From the NCBI GenBank assembly GCA_028276785.1, contig JAPYVP010000024.1:1-8300 (forward strand): a DNA stretch of 8,300 nt. Reading direction: 5' to 3'. Position 1 is the first letter of the stretch. Each line of letters begins with the position of its first letter. Below are positions 5,736 to 8,300 of this stretch, piece by piece. The DNA is from Candidatus Nanopusillus sp. (lineage in GTDB: Archaea > Nanobdellota > Nanobdellia > Nanobdellales > Nanobdellaceae). Position numbers and translations under genes: made by a program. The notes under the pieces are model-generated. The model was not told where the DNA came from. It saw only the letters and a program-made list of their open reading frames with translations, and searched no databases.

Positions 5736-6467
5736 ATGGCTCATGTTTTCAATAAAAGACATCTAAGAAATATTGCAATACCAAAAACATGGCCAATAAG
5801 TAGAAAGAAATATTATTGGATTATTAGGCCATCAACAAATGGGTATAAGTTTGAATATGGTATGCCAATATTATTATGGTTAAGAGATTATTTGAATATT
5901 GTAAAAAATAAGAAAGAAGCAAAATATTTATTAAGAAATGGAAAAGTTTTGGTAAATAATAAGAAAATAAAAGATTTGGGATATAATGTTGGCCTATTTG
6001 ATGTTATATCAATAAAAGATTTAAATAAAAATTATAGAGTTGTCATGTCCAATAATTTAAAATTAAAATTAGTTGAAATTTCTGAACAAGAAAAAGATTT
6101 GAAAATAATAAAAATTGTTAGGAAGAATCTTGTTAAAGGTGGAAAAATACAAATTACCGGAATTGATGGTAGAAATTTTATAATTGATGATAAAGATATA
6201 AAAACAGGAGATAGTATTTTATTTAATACAAAAGAAAATAAAATAGAAAAGATAATAAAAATGAATAAAGGGAATATAATATATATATTCTATGGAGCAA
6301 AAGTAGGTGTTGTTGGAAAATTAGAAAATATAAAGATATTTAGAAAACCCTTTGGACATACGAGATTTATAGAATATATAAATATGGATAGTAACAAGAG
6401 AGAAGAAACAATATTTGAGTATGCTATTGTAATAGGCGAAGATAAACCTTTAATTACTGTAAGATGA
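5736..6467 (+). CDS. rps4e: 30S ribosomal protein S4e (eS4)
   Basis: Matching eS4 sequence includes HLRNIAIPKTWPISRKKYYWIIRPSTNGYKFEYGMPILLWLRDYL, an S4-like segment (LLRNGKVLVNNKKIKDLGYNVGLFDVISI) and a KOW-like C-terminal part. The length (243 aa) is typical. Confidence 0.93.
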   Translation: MAHVFNKRHLRNIAIPKTWPISRKKYYWIIRPSTNGYKFEYGMPILLWLRDYLNIVKNKKEAKYLLRNGKVLVNNKKIKDLGYNVGLFDVISIKDLNKNYRVVMSNNLKLKLVEISEQEKDLKIIKIVRKNLVKGGKIQITGIDGRNFIIDDKDIKTGDSILFNTKENKIEKIIKMNKGNIIYIFYGAKVGVVGKLENIKIFRKPFGHTRFIEYINMDSNKREETIFEYAIVIGEDKPLITVR

Positions 6468-6994
6468 ACTCTAATAAAAATAATATAATGAGAAGAATTA
6501 TTATAGATAAAGTTACAATAAATATTGGAGTAGGTAAACCTGGTGAACCGTTGGAAAAGGCAGAAAAATTATTAAAAAAGATGTTTCCAGATCTAAAACC
6601 TGTTAGGACAAAGGCAAAGAAGAGGGTACAAGCTTGGGGAATAAGGCCAGGACTGGAAATTGGGGTTAAGTTAACAATAAGGGGTAAAAGGGCTGAAGAA
6701 ACATTAAGGTGGTTGTTGAAAGCTGTAAATAATGCATTAAAAGAATCACAATTCGATAAATATGGAAACTTTGGATTTGGAATAAAAGAATATGTATGGA
6801 TACCAGGTATGAAATATGACCCATCAATTGGAATATATGGTATGGATGTTATAGTAACTGTTAGGAGACCAGGATATAGAGTAATGTATAGAAGAATTAA
6901 GAGGTCAAAAATACCAGAAAGACATAGAACTACAAAAGAGGAAGTTATAGAATATTTAAAAAATAATTTTGGTGTAAATATTGTAAAAGAATAA
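6464..6994 (+). CDS. rpl5: 50S ribosomal protein L5 (uL5)
   Basis: The start forms an ATGA overlap with rps4e. Matching sequence includes KVTINIGVG, KPVRTKAKKRVQAWGIRPGLEIGVKLTIRGKRAEE, GNFGFGIKEY and KYDPSIGIYGMDVIVTVRRPGYRV. Confidence 0.95.
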   Translation: MNSNKNNIMRRIIIDKVTINIGVGKPGEPLEKAEKLLKKMFPDLKPVRTKAKKRVQAWGIRPGLEIGVKLTIRGKRAEETLRWLLKAVNNALKESQFDKYGNFGFGIKEYVWIPGMKYDPSIGIYGMDVIVTVRRPGYRVMYRRIKRSKIPERHRTTKEEVIEYLKNNFGVNIVKE

Positions 6995-7025
6995 TTTTTA
7001 ATATTTTTTATAATATAAAGATAAA

Positions 7026-7559
7026 ATGAGACTTCCAATTATGATAGATTATGTAGAAATACCAAATGGTGTAAATGTATTAATAGAAGATGGAAAAATA
7101 TATGTAAAGGGACCTAAAGGAGAAAAATATAGAAATATAAATAACAGAAATATTGTTATTGAAATAAAAGAAAATAAGATAATATTTAAAGCATATTTTC
7201 CCTCAAAGAAAATAATTAAGGATATGAATACAATGGTTGCTCATATAAGAAACGATATTGAAGGTGTAACAAAAGGTTTTGTATATAAATTAAAAGGTGT
7301 TTCAATACACTTTCCATTGAAATTAAAATTACAAAATAATAAATTAATAATTGAAAATTATATGGGTGGAAGAGATATAAAGGAAATAGAAATACCTAGA
7401 GGAGTAAAAGTAACACTGAATGAAAATGAAATTACATTAGAGGGATATGATATAGAATTATTGGGAAATTTGGCTGGATTAATAGAAAATTCAGTAAAGC
7501 CAAGAGAAAAGGATTTAAGAAAGTTTCAAGACGGAATTTATATTATCCAAAAACCATGA
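7026..7559 (+). CDS. rpl6: 50S ribosomal protein L6 (uL6)
   Basis: Matching sequence includes VEIPNGVNVLIEDGKIYVKGPKGE, MVAHIRNDIEGVTKGFVYKLKGVSIHFPLKLKL and IIENYMGGRDIKEIEIPRGVKV. The length is typical. An alternative start is Met6 at 7041. Confidence 0.93.
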   Translation: MRLPIMIDYVEIPNGVNVLIEDGKIYVKGPKGEKYRNINNRNIVIEIKENKIIFKAYFPSKKIIKDMNTMVAHIRNDIEGVTKGFVYKLKGVSIHFPLKLKLQNNKLIIENYMGGRDIKEIEIPRGVKVTLNENEITLEGYDIELLGNLAGLIENSVKPREKDLRKFQDGIYIIQKP

Positions 7560-7933
7560 TGAACAAATTATTAAAATTAAGAAAAATAATTAAAAGGAAA
7601 AAACCAGATTATCTTAGATTTCAATGGTGGAAAGTAATAAAACTGAGAAATAAAAAAGAATCTTGGAGAAGACCAAGAGGTATACACAATAAGGTAAGAA
7701 AAAAATTGAAAAGTAGGGTTTCTATGGTAGAAGTTGGATATGGTTCTCCTAGAGAAATAAAAGGGTTATTACCAAATGGTAAAAAACCTGTATTAGTACA
7801 TAATGTAGAAGAATTGGAAAAAATAGATAAAGAAAAAGAATGTGCAATAATTGCTTCTGGTGTTGGAAAAAGAAAAAGAGAACAAATAATAAACAGGGCA
7901 AAAGAACTAAATATCGAAATTTTTAATATCTAA
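7556..7933 (+). CDS. rpl32e: 50S ribosomal protein L32e (eL32)
   Basis: The start forms an ATGA overlap with rpl6. Matching sequence includes KPDYLRFQWWKVIKL, WRRPRGIHNKVRKK, VEVGYGSPREIKGLLPNGKKPVLVHNVEELEKI and AIIASGVGKRKREQII. Confidence 0.92.
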   Translation: MMNKLLKLRKIIKRKKPDYLRFQWWKVIKLRNKKESWRRPRGIHNKVRKKLKSRVSMVEVGYGSPREIKGLLPNGKKPVLVHNVEELEKIDKEKECAIIASGVGKRKREQIINRAKELNIEIFNI

Positions 7934-8300
7934 TATTTGTATAATTTGAAATAATCTAGTATAAAATTTTTTATTTTTTCGGAGCTATCATATAAATCTC
8001 TTCCAGACATATCTATTAATTTCTTTTTTCCTCTAACTTTTTCTAGATTAGATTTCATTGAACCTAGCACATTTGAAAAACCCAACCTTAATAAAATTTT
8101 TTCAATTCTACTAGCTTTATTTATATCGAAATCTTTAAATTCTTCTACATCTTGAAAACTTTCTATACTTACATCTAAATCGCCAACAGATGTATTTATA
8201 TTATAAGCATTAATTATTATTGTTAACTCAATTTTCCAATTAATTTTTGGTTCTTCTTTCCAATAATTTTTATAAGCTTCCCATTTAGCTTCTACAAACA
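7930..8300 (-). CDS. Hypothetical protein, C-terminal 122 codons; the 5' end is outside the window
   Basis: It is absent from the ORF track because it is open at the window edge. The reverse complement of 8298..7933 reads without a stop: FVEAKWEAYKNYWKEEPKINWKIELTIIINAYNINTSVGDLDVSIESFQDVEEFKDFDINKASRIEKILLRLGFSNVLGSMKSNLEKVRGKKKLIDMSGRDLYDSSEKIKNFILDYFKLYKY. The TAG stop is at 7932..7930. No family is recognised. Confidence 0.6.
   Translation of the reverse strand, partial: FVEAKWEAYKNYWKEEPKINWKIELTIIINAYNINTSVGDLDVSIESFQDVEEFKDFDINKASRIEKILLRLGFSNVLGSMKSNLEKVRGKKKLIDMSGRDLYDSSEKIKNFILDYFKLYKY
7967..7979 (+). terminator. Candidate oligo-T transcription terminator for the ribosomal protein operon
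   Basis: TTTTTTATTTTTT lies 34-46 nt downstream of the rpl32e stop. Archaeal RNA polymerase terminates at oligo-T tracts. The tract lies inside the C-terminal codons of the convergent minus-strand gene (…SEKIKNF…). T runs are common here, so this is tentative. Confidence 0.35.

Noticed and set aside
6454-7038. A 194-aa ORF on the minus strand
   Set aside because: It lies exactly antisense to the unmistakable uL5 gene. It is a shadow ORF with no recognisable motifs.
1-8300. Search for CRISPR repeats, IS or transposase genes, integrases, tRNA genes or tRNA halves, toxin-antitoxin pairs, and long direct or inverted repeats
   Set aside because: I found no regularly spaced repeats. The only GC-rich RNA-like islands are the 5S gene and the C/D sRNA. 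No ORF has nuclease, recombinase or defence-type motifs. The apparent short repeats are A/T low-complexity sequence, expected from the base composition.

Overview
This is a very AT-rich (by eye about three quarters A+T), almost gap-free archaeal chromosome segment. At the left edge, on the minus strand, a truncated 2H-phosphoesterase (ThpR/LigT-like) gene is translationally coupled to a YdjM/DUF457 membrane hydrolase gene. A plus-strand run of overlapping genes follows: a coiled-coil protein, archaeal peptidyl-tRNA hydrolase Pth2, a 116-aa unknown, and RNase P protein Rpp21/Rnp4. A GC-rich, unlinked 5S rRNA gene lies immediately downstream. Next comes an unknown 334-aa protein whose gene overlaps an M28-family metallopeptidase gene. 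The 100-nt spacer after it holds a textbook C/D-box sRNA on the minus strand, which an ORF track cannot show. Then comes part of the archaeal ribosomal-protein supercluster (uS17, uL14, uL24, eS4, uL5, uL6, eL32), with uS14 and uS8 missing between uL5 and uL6 and with both usual flanks absent. The window ends in a convergent, truncated gene of unknown function. I found no CRISPR array, transposase or integrase, tRNA, or recognisable defence or toxin genes. I do not see a convincing novel multi-gene system. The best leads are the unannotated C/D-box sRNA with its guide targets, the unknown 334-aa protein paired with the M28 peptidase, the 116-aa unknown wedged between pth2 and rnp4, and the broken ribosomal gene order. 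Composition and compaction suggest a thermophilic, genome-reduced archaeon, possibly Nanoarchaeota-like. That assignment is inference only.
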